A stretch of DNA of 63,597 bases from Octopus bimaculoides (lineage: Eukaryota): NCBI RefSeq assembly GCF_001194135.2, contig NC_068995.1, forward strand, positions 22,086,151-22,149,747, read 5' to 3'. This document shows positions 1-12,300 of the stretch, piece by piece. Numbering within the stretch: position 1 is the first letter of the stretch; each line of letters starts with the position of its first letter. Below the pieces are notes generated by a model, which was not told where the DNA came from, searched no databases, and was given only the letters and a program-made list of their open reading frames with translations. The translations under genes and the position numbers were made by a program.

Positions 1-750
1 ATATATAGAGAGAGAGAGAGAGAGAAATAGAGAGAGAGAGCAATCTTTAGATGTATGTGTATCTCTACGTATATCTACTGTTATGTATGTGGAAATTTCT
101 CGTAAGACACTATGTCAAATGTTTAGAATTCAGGACTATAAAAATTTATAGAAAATTGCTTGAAGAAATACTACAAAATGACAAGTATTACAACAATATG
201 CATATACATATATACACACACAAGTATAAATATGTGTGTATCTATGTTTATGTGCACGCGCGCATGTGTGCGTATTTGCACTCATGTGTGTCTACATACA
301 TTCATGTAGGATAATGATACATCAAGATAAAATTATTGGTAAAATATGAAAATTTCCCAGCTGTAACCTGGAGCTTCTATGTTGCTAGTGGGAGAGTAAA
401 AAAAAAAAAAAAAATTACATCTTTGATGTCTTTTTTATGAAATGAAAGGCTTCGGAAGCATTAGTTTGAGTTTGAAATACGAATTAAGAGAATGTTTTAG
501 ATGTTAGTTTTATAGGGGAAATGTATGAGTAATAAAATATAAGACATGTAATAAATAAAAGATAATCTAGCGCTAAGACACTAAACTCTAGATACGTAGA
601 CATATAAATCTCCTATACGAAAATGTAAATGAATGAATGCGAGTACATTCATATATGCATGTGTATTTGATATTATATATATGTACATATAATATAGTGT
701 AGTTTAATATTCATATACATATATACGTATATATGTATATACACACAATG

Positions 751-796
<46 letters not shown>

Positions 797-899
797 TCTT
801 GGAAATGGATACGTAGCGTTCGATCATATAATAATATAAATAATATATATACATACATATATGCACATACCTACATATATATGTATATATATATATATA

Positions 900-1479
900 T
901 ATATATAAAGATATGAGTATCGGACGTCAACAAAACGTGAAAAAAATGAAAAACGGAACATAAAAAACAAAAACATGGAAAACCAACTTTTTTTCGAACA
1001 ACGAAAGAAACAAATAGAGAAACGAGACAGGTAACACAAAGAACAACCCTTTCTTCAGTTGTCCCCTGTTTTATCTACTTCGCGTTTCGAACGTTGGAAC
1101 AAGAAGCAAATTAAATAAAATGTGTGATTTTGCGGAGGGTTAATGTGGTAACAAAAACAGGACAGTAACAACAAAACAGCAACAACAAACGGTAAGAGCT
1201 GTTAAGTCATAACGAGGTGAAGTGATAAACGCTGGAGAAAGGAGCTATGAGAAGATACAGGCAAAAGTAGGTCTTGTCTCTTGTAATGCAAGGGCAAGAA
1301 AGAACGATAGCCGCTGGTCACATGTGAGAAACAAGAGAGTCAATGAGGAAGAGTGAGGAGGAGAGATGGCAGAAAGAGAACGGTGAAGAGGAGGGGAAGA
1401 AAAACAAAAAGAAAGAAGAATAGAGAAACGAGCAGTTGTCACCTGTTTTATCTACTCCGCATTTCGAAGATTATTGTAC

Positions 1480-1480
<1 letters not shown>
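900..1480 (-). mobile_element. Remnants of a PLE pseudo-LTR-like repeat (two partial copies)
   Basis: Minus strand near 1050-1095 and 1430-1470 reads cgaaa(c/t)gcg(a/g)agtagataaaacagg(g/t)gacaactg; a related block occurs at 6868-6905 (+) and 40080-40125 (-). Assignment to pLTRs is inference. Confidence 0.4.
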
Positions 1481-1532
<52 letters not shown>

Positions 1533-1609
1533 NNNNNNNNNNNNNNNNNNNNNNNNNNNNNNNNNNNNNNNNNNNNNNNATATAATTTATATTATTATAT
1601 GATCAAATG

Positions 1610-1847
1610 CCACACATCCATTTCCACAGCTGGTGCTGTAGAATTTACAGATGGGGAAGAGGTAAAGAAAAAAAAAAGGCATCTCATTGCAGAACTTCGA
1701 ACCCTGCTTCGAAAAGTGGAAAACGCGTCATGACCGATGCATTGCTTCAAATGGAGAATACTTTCCGGAGATTAAAGTGTAACCATGTAAAACTAGTGAA
1801 TAAAATAACACTATAAAATTCCGATTTCTTGTCGGTACCCTCTCGTA
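1610..1847 (+). mobile_element. Mariner transposon 3' end
   Basis: Encodes CFEKWKTRHDRCIASNGEYF (mariner C-terminal W..R...C....G.YF) and ends in a TIR-like ...gtaccctctcgTA. Confidence 0.75.
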
Positions 1848-2655
1848 TAAGTTTGCAATGTGTCAAATATAAATGTTGATGAATGATATTTAGGTTAATA
1901 ATGCCAACTGCCACAGCTATATTTATTTAATATTCTGCACATAATCTTGTGAATAAGAAATAATCTTATAGGCAATAAAGAAATGAATATTTATGCGAGT
2001 GAATTTTAAATGAGAAATAATAGTGTAAATTATTCTAATGGTTTATGTATTCATATTATGAATTCAGACCATCTTAAACTAAGAGAAATTAGATATGATA
2101 CTTTATTTAAAAAATGGTCCTGCGAAGGGTTTGATGATATTTTCTTGTATAATATATATGTATTGAATTTAAATGATTTTAGTTTGGATATTACAAAATA
2201 TTACATTTTATTTAAAATATATCAAATCACAGTTTAACATAATATACTAAAACTCAAAAATAAACTTTTATAAGCGTCCTGACTAGCGAGATTATGGATC
2301 TATCATTAAGATCATACTCATTCTATTATAGACATTAAGAAAAACGAGTAATTGCGTCGAATACACACACATATATGCATACACGCACACACAAACATAC
2401 GCACACACAAACACACGCACACACATAATTTTAGAGCACTTTGCGCTAATCCTCGGTGATGGGTACTCATCCGCTAGAAATACCAGTAGTTCATTCCAAG
2501 TTGCAATATCTAGAAAATTAGTGACACCCAGTCATTGAGCTTGCGTAAGAGACGAAAGCAGTAACTATACTAAGAAGTAATGTTTGTCGCCACTTCAACA
2601 TGGCTGTTCCCCAGGAACCGACGTTTCTGCCATTTTAACTCCAGGAGTACACCTC

Positions 2656-2657
<2 letters not shown>

Positions 2658-2717
<60 letters not shown>

Positions 2718-2742
2718 TAATAATAACAATGATAATAATAAT
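2658..2742. repeat. (TAA)n microsatellite, possibly the tail of a retroposon 3' end at about 2520-2657
   Basis: Repeat seen directly; the retroposon-tail reading is inference. Confidence 0.9.
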
Positions 2743-2783
2743 ACTTTAAAAGGATCCACGTAACTCTTGACAAAGTTAAACAG

Positions 2784-3069
2784 ACAAGACGAAGAGCGCG
2801 ATTCGATTGCAATAGGTATTTTATTGGTTGAGCATTATTTCGCCAGCAAGTCTGGCTTTGTCGAGTTCAAAAAAAAAAAGTGATAAAAATTCAAAATTAT
2901 TGTAATTCAAATATGAACGAGAACAACCAGCATCCACACTTTGATGAAATGACATCATCAGTCTTTAAGTTCCAATTTTATAACTGGCGAAAAGAAAAAG
3001 ACAGAAAAAAGGAAATATCGTTCAACCAATAAAATATCTATTGCAATCGCATCTCGCTCTTCGTCTTGT
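2784..3069. repeat. 48-bp inverted repeat pair (MITE-like or foldback)
   Basis: 2784-2831 acaagacgaagagcgcgattcgattgcaataggtattttattggttga is the reverse complement of 3022-3069 with 3 mismatches; no clear TSD. Confidence 0.65.
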
Positions 3070-3847
3070 ATGATTACCATTGTGGAGAGTTACGTCAATC
3101 CTTTTAAAATATCAAAATCAAGTAGATTGAGAAGAGGATTGATTTGATATTGCACCGAATAAGTGTTACAACATATAGAAATTCTGGAAGTTACCGAAAC
3201 AGTCGGGTGTCTAAGGAAAATCATAATGTAAGTTATAGCTTTTGCGTTTTATTCTGTCTACAGTTGGCTTGTCAGGCCTGTTAGTTTCGCTAGACCTCAG
3301 TGTTGATCCCAATCCAGGCCCAATGGATTATGTACTATTCAACTACGAATCAGAAAATGAGAAATCGACATTTCTATCAGTTAAAAACCCTAATCATTTT
3401 TGTGCTAAAATCAAAAGCCATTTATCATTTCTGGAAACATGCAAACCAGAAAAAGTTATACCGGAGGGTCTTACAACAAATATACTAATGTGTGTATTAC
3501 AGCCGCCTGACGATTCATTGCTTCAAATATTTTAATCTTCGCGGGAGAGAAATTCATTTAACATAATGGGAGCTATTATTGCACACAATTGTTAAAAATT
3601 TGTATTGCTTGGTGCAGACATTAAGGAAATTTTGAGTATCCTTGAACAGGCATGTTTTCCTAAAAATCGTTTGAACTATTTGAGCATGTGTTTGATGGAC
3701 TTTGAAAAAATGGAAATGTCGGCCCTGAATGCAGAAAAAAAAGAAAAGAAGCTGAAAAAGCTGCTTTCCCATTCCTTTGAGCCAGTGGGCAAAAGAACAT
3801 TTTGGTTGAGAGCACTTGCTTTGAAATATAAGTCGGTTTTACTTTAG

Positions 3848-4295
3848 GGACAAATGTTATGTGACGAACTTATTGACGCCGGGTAGAAAATCCTAAAATT
3901 CAAATACAACCAACCACTTTTTCTCACACAGAATTTCTAACATACCGTCAACTCCACACACTGTTCATTCATCATACCAGGAATAAACATTTTGTTTTGT
4001 CGACCAATTTTTTCGGAGATGTTTATAATTATGTCAGTTTCAACATATCAATACCACAGGAATTAATAACACAAATAACAATGCTGTACTTACCACAAAC
4101 AAACATAATTCATACAGTTTAAGAAGTTCGTATAACTAATCCCTAAGTTGGCGATTATGATTGTGGCCTTTTCGCCCTGGCGTTTGAACTGGTCATTGGA
4201 AACGCTGCAGAAAAATTTTTATTTGATCAGTCAAAAATGCGAGCACATTTAAGATTTTGCCTAGAAAACAATAAATTTGTTCCTTTCCCGAAAGT
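3848..4295 (+). pseudogene. Ulp1/SENP-like (peptidase C48, clan CE) cysteine-protease domain within the PLE
   Basis: Frame 2: GQMLCDELIDAG*KILK. Frame 1 from 3961: IHHTRNKHFVLS (His 3988-3990), VYNYVSF (expected Asp reads Val), P*VGDYDCGLFALAF (Cys 4162-4164; the stop TAA is plausibly a mutated Gln CAA), then FDQSKMRAHLRFCLENNKFVPFP. Confidence 0.75.
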
Positions 4296-4988
4296 AAAGG
4301 TTTTTAAAATGCCTACGATAACCACAGAGTCACTCACTTGTTATCACCCATCAAGAAATGGATTACTCTGAGGAAGATGACTAAAAATTATGACATCTCA
4401 CAAATGTTATCTCTCAATAGATTCCATGTTTCAAGTGAATATTCCGAGTAAAGCCAAAGAAAGTAGTCAGGGATCTAATGTGAGTAAGACTCTGAAAACA
4501 ACTTGTCCAAGAAAATCCATCACACAGAGAATAAGTCGGTCATAAATATATCTAAACTCAGTCTTGGAGCTTAGACAATGTTTCTGTCTAAGCACTAAGA
4601 ATTTCAACAAGAATAAACTAGCTCAATGGCTATTTCAGTTTGTCCGCTTTCATAAGCTGAAAGAATATTTTTTGAAAAAACTAGGAACGAGGAGTCAGAG
4701 AACACTATGCTTATAGAAAATAAAAATGACGATGATAGAATCTGGCATAATTGGATTGAAAATAATCTCAAATGTTATCCAGATAAAGTTTGGGATGGAC
4801 GTTCACAAGCACTACTGGAATTTCTTGAATCAGGCAGGCATTAGGGAAAACCTTAAAACAAGTGGAAAGAAGTCGTGGAATAACCTCACAAATACTCAAC
4901 GTCATGCACTCCGAGGTCTAACTAATAAAGAATCTATTGTTAATAAAATGGCAAATAATGGAGGTGCTATCATGATTATGAAGAAAAG

Positions 4989-5156
4989 TTCTGAGTTCAA
5001 ATTCTGCCGGGGTCGACTTTGCCTTTCATCCTTTCGGGGTCGATAAATTAAGTACCAGTTACGCACTGGGGTCGATATAATCGACTTAATCCGTTTGTCT
5101 GTCATTGTTTGACCCCTCTGCGTGTAGCCCCTTGTGGGCAGTAAAGAAATAAGAAA
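4989..5156 (+). mobile_element. tRNA-derived SINE family B, 5'-truncated, inserted in the PLE
   Basis: B-box-like gagttcaaattc; body matches copies at 36911-37142 and 30121-30333. Confidence 0.85.
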
Positions 5157-6302
5157 GTATTCCATCAAATGTTCTCTGTAGGTTATTGAGGATTGTGTTA
5201 GAAATTAACACAATGAAGTTTGGATAAAAACTTTACCACCTGACGGGGTTGCGCCATGGAAACCCCGTAGCAGTCAATTTCGCTAATGTCTTCATGACGA
5301 AATTTGAGACACAGTTCCTGAAGACATTGAAATCCGTACATGGTGATGAAGCAATACTGTGGTTACGGTTCATTGATGACGTTTTTTTTTTTCTTTTTGT
5401 CTTGGAAGGGTCACAATATAGGTTAATTCACTTTTTGTATTTCTGTCTTTGTTATGGTAAAACTATGGCTTTAACTTCAACATAAAATTTAAGTCTAGTT
5501 TTTCAAAAATAGTGTTGAATTTTTGGACACAAAAGTTAAGTTTTCTGGAGAATTGTGAGAGAATTGTTTTGTATGCCCACGTCTTCCCACATTTACATCC
5601 ACCACCGCACCGTCATCCACATCATATAATTCGGTCAAATCCGAACTACTGACCTCTGTATCTGACTCCAAGAAAACATTGGAGTATTTGGACGCTGTGC
5701 CTTGAAAAGAAATCCACATGAGAGGTAAGCTATGTTCATTGTGCAACAAAATGATTCAAGTGAATTCCATCAAGAATTATAATAGAAATGTTATGATTAT
5801 ACAGAAGATAGGACACGTATAGATTCCCATTTGGTGTACACGACAGGATGCGCGAAAGACAACTCGATATATGTTAGTTGTGCAGCATAACAATTAAACA
5901 AATGATTTAATTGACATAGACATAAAGTCAGGTACAATAACAGTAGTTCAACAGAACTTGCCGAACATTTTTCCTTAAACGGCAACAATTTTTAAAAAGC
6001 AGAAAACATTCTGAAACTGCTTCACTTTAAATACTCAAAATGCATGCGGAGAAATATGTTTGCGGGGTATTAACGTCACGCCCTGGAGGAATGAATAAAA
6101 TGGCAGGAGAATGTCACCAAATTACACAAAACTGTTTGATTACATATTCTTCTTTTTTTCCTTCTCTTTTTTCTTTCCTTTTTTTCTCTCCTTTTCTCTG
6201 TCTTTTTCTTCTCACCAGTTTGCTCACTTATCTATGTGTGTTTATGTGGGTATGTATATATTCCTACATCTGCGTGAAGGTGAAAATATATANNNNNNNN
6301 NN

Positions 6303-6336
<34 letters not shown>

Positions 6337-6426
6337 ATACATGTATATATATTCTTTGTCTAATTACATTATTGAACACACACGTACTTTTTTGCAAGTA
6401 AGTCTACTTTATTATTCTGACGTAAC

Positions 6427-6427
<1 letters not shown>

Positions 6428-6501
<74 letters not shown>

Positions 6502-6530
6502 ATCTATCTTTCTATCTATTTATCTATCTG
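6428..6530. repeat. (CTAT)n microsatellite
   Basis: Seen directly. Confidence 0.95.
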
Positions 6531-6639
6531 TCGTCCTCTATCTTTCTATCTATCCCTCTGTCCTGGCATCTACTTCACTGCTATACCCTTCTGTACATTC
6601 ATCCTTGTTCCACTTCCTCCCTCCACCATCCTCTCTGCT

Positions 6640-6960
6640 CTCGTGTGACCTGTGGTCAGCATTCTTTTCACTCGAGCCGCTGTGGAGGCAAGACGAACTA
6701 CTAGCGTTCTACCTCAGGTTCGCGTTTGGCCGTACGGCTTTTGAATGTTGTTTTCACTGTCCAATTATTCCTGTCTTGGTTTGTGTTTGCCACCTTGGAA
6801 TCCTCTGTGTAGTGGGTTGTTCCACTACTCTGGAAGAGACTATTCTAGAGTACGTTCTGTCTTATCTTCGAAACGTCAGGTTAGAATAGAGACAGCTGAT
6901 CAAGGAATATTCCAAGTGGCTTTCCGTTTTCCTATGTGTTCGTTCCGTTGTCTGTAGTAC
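6640..6960 (+). mobile_element. PLE pLTR-like segment with a degenerate hammerhead motif at 6824-6885
   Basis: ctggaaga...cgaaacgtcagg (core with an extra G, GAAAC-GUC), followed by the shared block ttagaatagagacagctgatcaagg. Stem I is poor. Confidence 0.4.
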
Positions 6961-8070
6961 ATTGTTCTAACGTCCTGTACTCTGATATGCATATATATAC
7001 ACATGTAGATGTAAGTATGTACATATATGTGTGTATACATGTATATATATTATTTGTATTATATNNNNNNNNNNNNNNNNNNNNNNNNNNNNNNNNNNNN
7101 NNNNNNNNNNNNNNNNNNNNNNNNNNNNNNNNNNNNNNNNNNNNNNNNNNNNNNNNNNNNNNNNNNNNNNNNNNNNNNNNNNNNNNNNNNNNNNNNNNNN
7201 NNNNNNNNNNNNNNNNNNNNNNNNNNNNNNNNNNNNNNNNNNNNNNNNNNNNNNNNNNNNNNNNNNNNNNNNNNNNNNNNNNNNNNNNNNNNNNNNNNNN
7301 NNNNNNNNNNNNNNNNNNNNNNNNNNNNNNNNNNNNNNNNNNNNNNNNNNNNNNNNNNNNNNNGTTGTACTTAAAATGTTTGAGGCACCAGAATTTGGTA
7401 GGATAAAAACCAAAAACAAAATCAAGAGATTTGGTGAATAAAATTTGAAGTTAAGCAACCAACATTCAATAGGTCATAGCAGTACGTACGTTTCGTACAA
7501 GCTCCATTTATTCGTGTAGTGAGAACACCACAGAAAATACAATGAAAATGTACTCCTCAGCTGCATAATGGAATATCATTTTAGAAAGTCATTTTGAAGA
7601 TGTTTGCAAATAACAAGAGTAAGAGAAGAAAACATACCATCTCGACCATGCTGCTGTCAGCTAAAAGAATTCGCATTTGCAGCCAACCATGAAGAAGAAG
7701 TTAGCGATCAGCCGGTACCAGGACAGCCATCCACTATCATTCATAGCAGTCAAACAAACACACTCTGCAGCCAAACATGAATCTCTCAACTGCTACAAAA
7801 TTCAAATCAATACGGACGGATAGGTTGATCTTAAAGTCGATGCTTTTGAACTAACGGAGACAACACTTGAAATCCCGTGAGGAAACACAACTGGATTTCA
7901 TTATGCAAATAAAAAGTTGCCTAATCAAATACCTGTACTTTTGGAGAAACTCGTGGAGATATTTGTCGTGATTAAAAGACAAATGTCCAACCGTACTCCT
8001 TCTTGTTGACTCCAATTTCTTTAATGTGATATATATGAAGGCGCAAGAATTGTGAAGGTGCGTGGCTGTG

Positions 8071-8392
8071 AAGACGCGTGACTTACTGGTTAGGGTATTC
8101 GGCTCACGATCGTAGGGTCATGAGTTCGATTCCCGGCATCGTATTTTGTCCTTGAACAAAACATCTTATTTCATGTTGTTCCAGTCCACTCAACAGGCAA
8201 AAATAAGTAGTACCTCTATCTCAAAGGGGCAGACGTGTCACACTCGCTGTCACGCTGTATCTCCCTGAGGAGTATGTGAAGGGGTACGCGTGTGTATGAA
8301 GTGCTCAGCCACTTGCAAGTTAATCTACCGAGCAAGGTGTTCCGTTGATCGGATCAGCTGGAAACCTCGTCGTCGTAAGCGACGGAGTGCCA
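8071..8392 (+). mobile_element. tRNA-derived SINE family C
   Basis: A-box-like tggttagggtattcgg and B-box gagttcgattccc at tRNA-like spacing, followed by a GC-richer body. Confidence 0.7.
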
Positions 8393-8524
8393 GCGCAGGA
8401 GTGGCAGTGTGGTAAGTAGCTTGCTTACCAACCACATGGTTCCGGGTTCAGTCCTACTGCGTGGCACCTTGGGAAAGTGTCTTCTACTATAGCCTCGGGC
8501 CAACCAAAGCCTTGNNNNNNNNNN

Positions 8525-8564
<40 letters not shown>

Positions 8565-8708
8565 CATGTGTGTGTGTGTGTGTCTGTGTGTGTCCCCCTT
8601 GCATTGCTTGACAACCGATGCTGGTGTGTGTATGTCCCCGTAACTTAGCGGTTCGGCAAAATAGACCGATAGAATAAGTACTGGGCTTACAAAGAATAAG
8701 TCCTGGGG
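8393..8708 (+). mobile_element. tRNA-derived SINE family A with an internal (TA)/(TG) tract
   Basis: A-box gtggcagtgtgg, B-box ggttcagtcc; matches minus-strand copies at 37448-38118, 47605-47765 and 60164-60323. Confidence 0.9.
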
Positions 8709-8711
8709 AAA

Positions 8712-9310
8712 CAAAACCGTGTTGGATGGTGAATTTGTTTACATTATACTATATTATATTCTGGGTATATATGAAGTTCGTATATTCGTATGCTGAGTTC
8801 ATCAGAGGGACCTGTTTCTCCTATGTGTTGAGTCCTTGTGTTGTATATATTCAATGTTCACATTCAGAGAAATAAACTATCACTGTTGGTTTGGTGGCGT
8901 GGCTGGATGTCCCTCTTTAATGTGTTAAATATTGTATGTGTATGCAAGTAAAGAAGGTTTCATCCCTAATATTTAAAATGACATCTCTATGACATTTAGC
9001 TTTTCTGTGAAACTACGCTCACAATTGATATTGCGTACTATGTATGTTCTTGCTTTAGCAATGATGGTCCATGTTATGTGCGTGTTGTTTACGCCGCGTT
9101 CTTTCAATCTCCACATCATATTTGATAGTGATGTCATATTTGTTTTTATTTTTGTCCCTGAATGTATACATAATTGGGGCCTTAGCCCCATGATAGAATC
9201 ATAAGGTACTTTGGAACTTTTCATAATACTGGGCACGGTCTGTATTCATCAACTTCGAACGAATGTGAGGTTATTTGGATCTTGCCGATATATGAACCTG
9301 TAGTGAAGAG
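8712..9310 (-). mobile_element. PLE 3' fragment (GIY-YIG endonuclease plus 3' flank)
   Basis: SYIGK, then TSLSNMMWRLKERGVNNTHITWTIIAKARTY...C...TEKL (ORF 8973-9236); same EN style as 24455-25340. Confidence 0.75.
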
Positions 9311-12300
9311 AACTAGTATGATTGCTGTGAAGCAATCAACATATATACACATATGCATATATATGTGCATGCATATATACATTTATACATACATATATAC
9401 GTAGATGAATGCATATACATATATGCTTATATATATGTACATGTGTACTTACATCCTATTTTCACTTCCACATATGTTATTACTATATATGCCTTCTAAA
9501 AACCTTTTATTATTTTTTTTATATATATCTGAACACACTTGAATATATTTTATATCCTATTTGCCCTGAAACCAAGTTCCATTTTTTCTGTACAGTTTAA
9601 ATAGTCATTTTTCTTTCACACAAAATGTTCCTCCTTTTCTCGTTTTTTTTTCTTTTTCGCCTCTTAATAATTCTCCCTAAACCTACATTTTTACCAGCAT
9701 TATGAAACTAACAGTCTTTATGTACTTGCCTTTCGTATGTCACAAGTTTACTAAGATTTACTCTAGACACACAAGCCAACAATAAATGGTAGTTTTCTTA
9801 AAGTAACTTTGCGGATAATGTTTCAGAATTTTACTTTAATATTAGTATCATCATTCGCAATAAACATTACTTTTTTTATTTTGATAACACAAAGTTTTAC
9901 TCGCAGAATCCTGCTTTTAGTGACATTTACTTTTATACAGATAAACTTTTATTTACTTAAAAGCATATTAGTAAAATAGTGTTTGTTTTGTTCATTCGAA
10001 AAAAAATGTTACATTTTTCACAAAATTTATGAGCCTCTATTTTTATGTGCTTAGTTCTTGTAATTGAATTAATAAAAACAACAATCTTATATGTTTGATT
10101 GTAACATTATTCTGTTGTTCTTAAAATTATATGTATACAACTGGAATATAATTTAAGAGAACTTATAAAAATGTTCAATATAACTCACTAACATTTCCAT
10201 TCAGTATTATATTTTTAGTAGATTAAATTTATAATCCTTTAAGCATACCTCGATTATACATTTTTGAAAACAGTTTCGCAAGAAAACAAATATCACCCTT
10301 AAGCCTGTATTGCATACGGCTTTAACATTTTGTTCCTTTCCGTATCTTCGAAATTTCATTGACTCAAAGTATTCAGTCGATCTATGTTATGCAATTTAAA
10401 TCTTTAAATTATTTTTTTAATACAATATTAGATAAAATTATTGTAGTGCTTGATTGTTTTACAACTTTGTGAAAATAAAACCCCAGGTTTCAACATATAT
10501 TTGGGAGGAGGTATTTCCCAATAAACATGAAACATACATTGATTATATATCAATTCATGTTTTTAGCATTATAAATCAACTAGTTCAATAACTAACAAAT
10601 TAACTAATCTAATCTAATAAACAAAGTGGTCTTAGGTGATCCTTTTGTTTAATAGTGTACATTCGTTGCTACGCGGATAGTTGACATTATTTTCAAAACA
10701 AAATTTATTTCCATTAATATTACTTTTTATGAGATTATAGGAAAAGTCAAGCTGCAAATTTTATACTAAAATAGCTAATCCTGCCCATTGACATACCACG
10801 TTTTAAAAGTTCTCTTTAGTAAACACTATTACTAATAAATATTAAAATGTCTGAAAAATTGCATAGTCTTTATTGTTTACCACTTGGTCACCCCTGAGGG
10901 ATTAGAGATTTAACGAAAAATATTACGACTATAATCATATCATGCCGCCTTCAATTCAAGTCTCAGTGTATGTAGGAGCCTTGGATCCGCTATGTTCATC
11001 GCTTTAAAGTTGTTTAAGCGTGATGTAGACACGTTTGTATAATGTGCTTTGGATGTCCACAACAGCGTAGAGACTTCTCTTCACTGACTTCTAAACTACG
11101 AATGTTGCACTAATTTTGACGAGTTCTTCTTCCAAGATTGTCACATTATCAACACTCTTCTGGTAATGCTTTATGGTAATATAAGGAGATGCTTTTCCGT
11201 TAAGAGAAAAAAAGTCTCCTATTAGTTTTATTTATAGAATACTATCACGTGATAACAGATATTCACATGCACATTTTCTTCGCGCTATTTTTCAAATCTA
11301 GTGATTATAAACTATATTCATCTGGATCATTATTCTTCGCACGAAACTCTTCAACAGATGCGATTACTGCCGAATCATTCCTCTTGAAATTGACCAAACA
11401 TCGTTTCTTAGTAGACTTTGTACTATATCATGTCCAGATTCAACTAAAATAATCTCGGTTATATCATTTAAGGGAAATTGATTTTTAGAGTCCCTTTTTC
11501 TTTTCATATGAAATTATATATGACATATGAAGAGTAAATTCGGTTTATTTCTCCAAATTTGCTTAAATGAATATTTTAAAATTTTCTTTTGTATTAAAAT
11601 ATACATTTTTCAAATATAAGTACTCATAGGCAGAATGAATAGTTAATTGCGTTTGGAAAACTCCGTAAGAAAAAAAAATGTTTTATAGTTTCATAATAAA
11701 ATATAGTTCGGATTCCCTCGAGTAATTCGCAAAAGTTTTACAACTTGTGAAGAGAATACCGATGGTTATGGAGTCGACAACATTCACCAAAATATCTGAT
11801 TAGTTTATCGAATATAAATTTTGCAACTCAGAATATAAATAATCACTAGACTTGCAAATATTTCATCTCTCATCCTATAACGCTTTTAGCAATTTTTTTC
11901 TGTATCTAGTGGGGATATCCAGAGATATATTTACAAACTACATTCTTGAAGATATAAAATACGTAATCAAATTAATTATTTCCAATACAAAGTTATTCAA
12001 AAAATTCGTCCTCTTTATTTATACATTCATTTTGCTTTTGTTACGATGTTTTTGTTGTCGTTCATTGTTAAAAAAAAACTGCTTCAGGAAAACATAAAGA
12101 AATGTAGTACATGTCAGAATTAATAAAATATAAACATGAGTATATTTCCTTTCGTTCGTTTCTTGGACACAAACATAATAGATGCTTGAGTGGACACGAA
12201 AGCTGGAAAGATGAATGAGATACATTTTTTCTCAAATTAGTTTCCCAACTTTCTTTATTTTGGACGTTCGTTGCAGGAGACGTTGATTCTGATAATTATC

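Larger units (their letters stand above)
3242..6115 (+). mobile_element. Decayed, near-full-length Penelope-like retroelement (N-terminal domain, protease-like domain, partial RT, GIY-YIG endonuclease)
   Basis: PLE motifs in the expected order: HLSFLETC...IPEGL, KKEKKLKKLL, SVINISKLSL (~4536), NNLTNTQRHALRGL...IVNKMANNGGAIMIM, HGNPVAVNFANVFMTKFE, WLRFIDDVF, LVY..C...YV...HR...ELAEHF, RPGGMN. Many stops and frameshifts; RT motifs 1-3 appear missing where a SINE sits. Confidence 0.85.

Noticed and set aside
7500-8050. Possible RTE RT remnant (LKEFAFA...)
   Set aside because: One weak motif lacking the catalytic DD; not supportable.
8071-8514. tRNA-like A and B boxes
   Set aside because: No complete cloverleaf recognised; these are heads of repeated SINEs, not tRNA genes.
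8750-8830. CTGATGA on the minus strand downstream of a PLE endonuclease
   Set aside because: Right context, but no GAAA, stem II or stem III can be formed; at best a fully decayed hammerhead.
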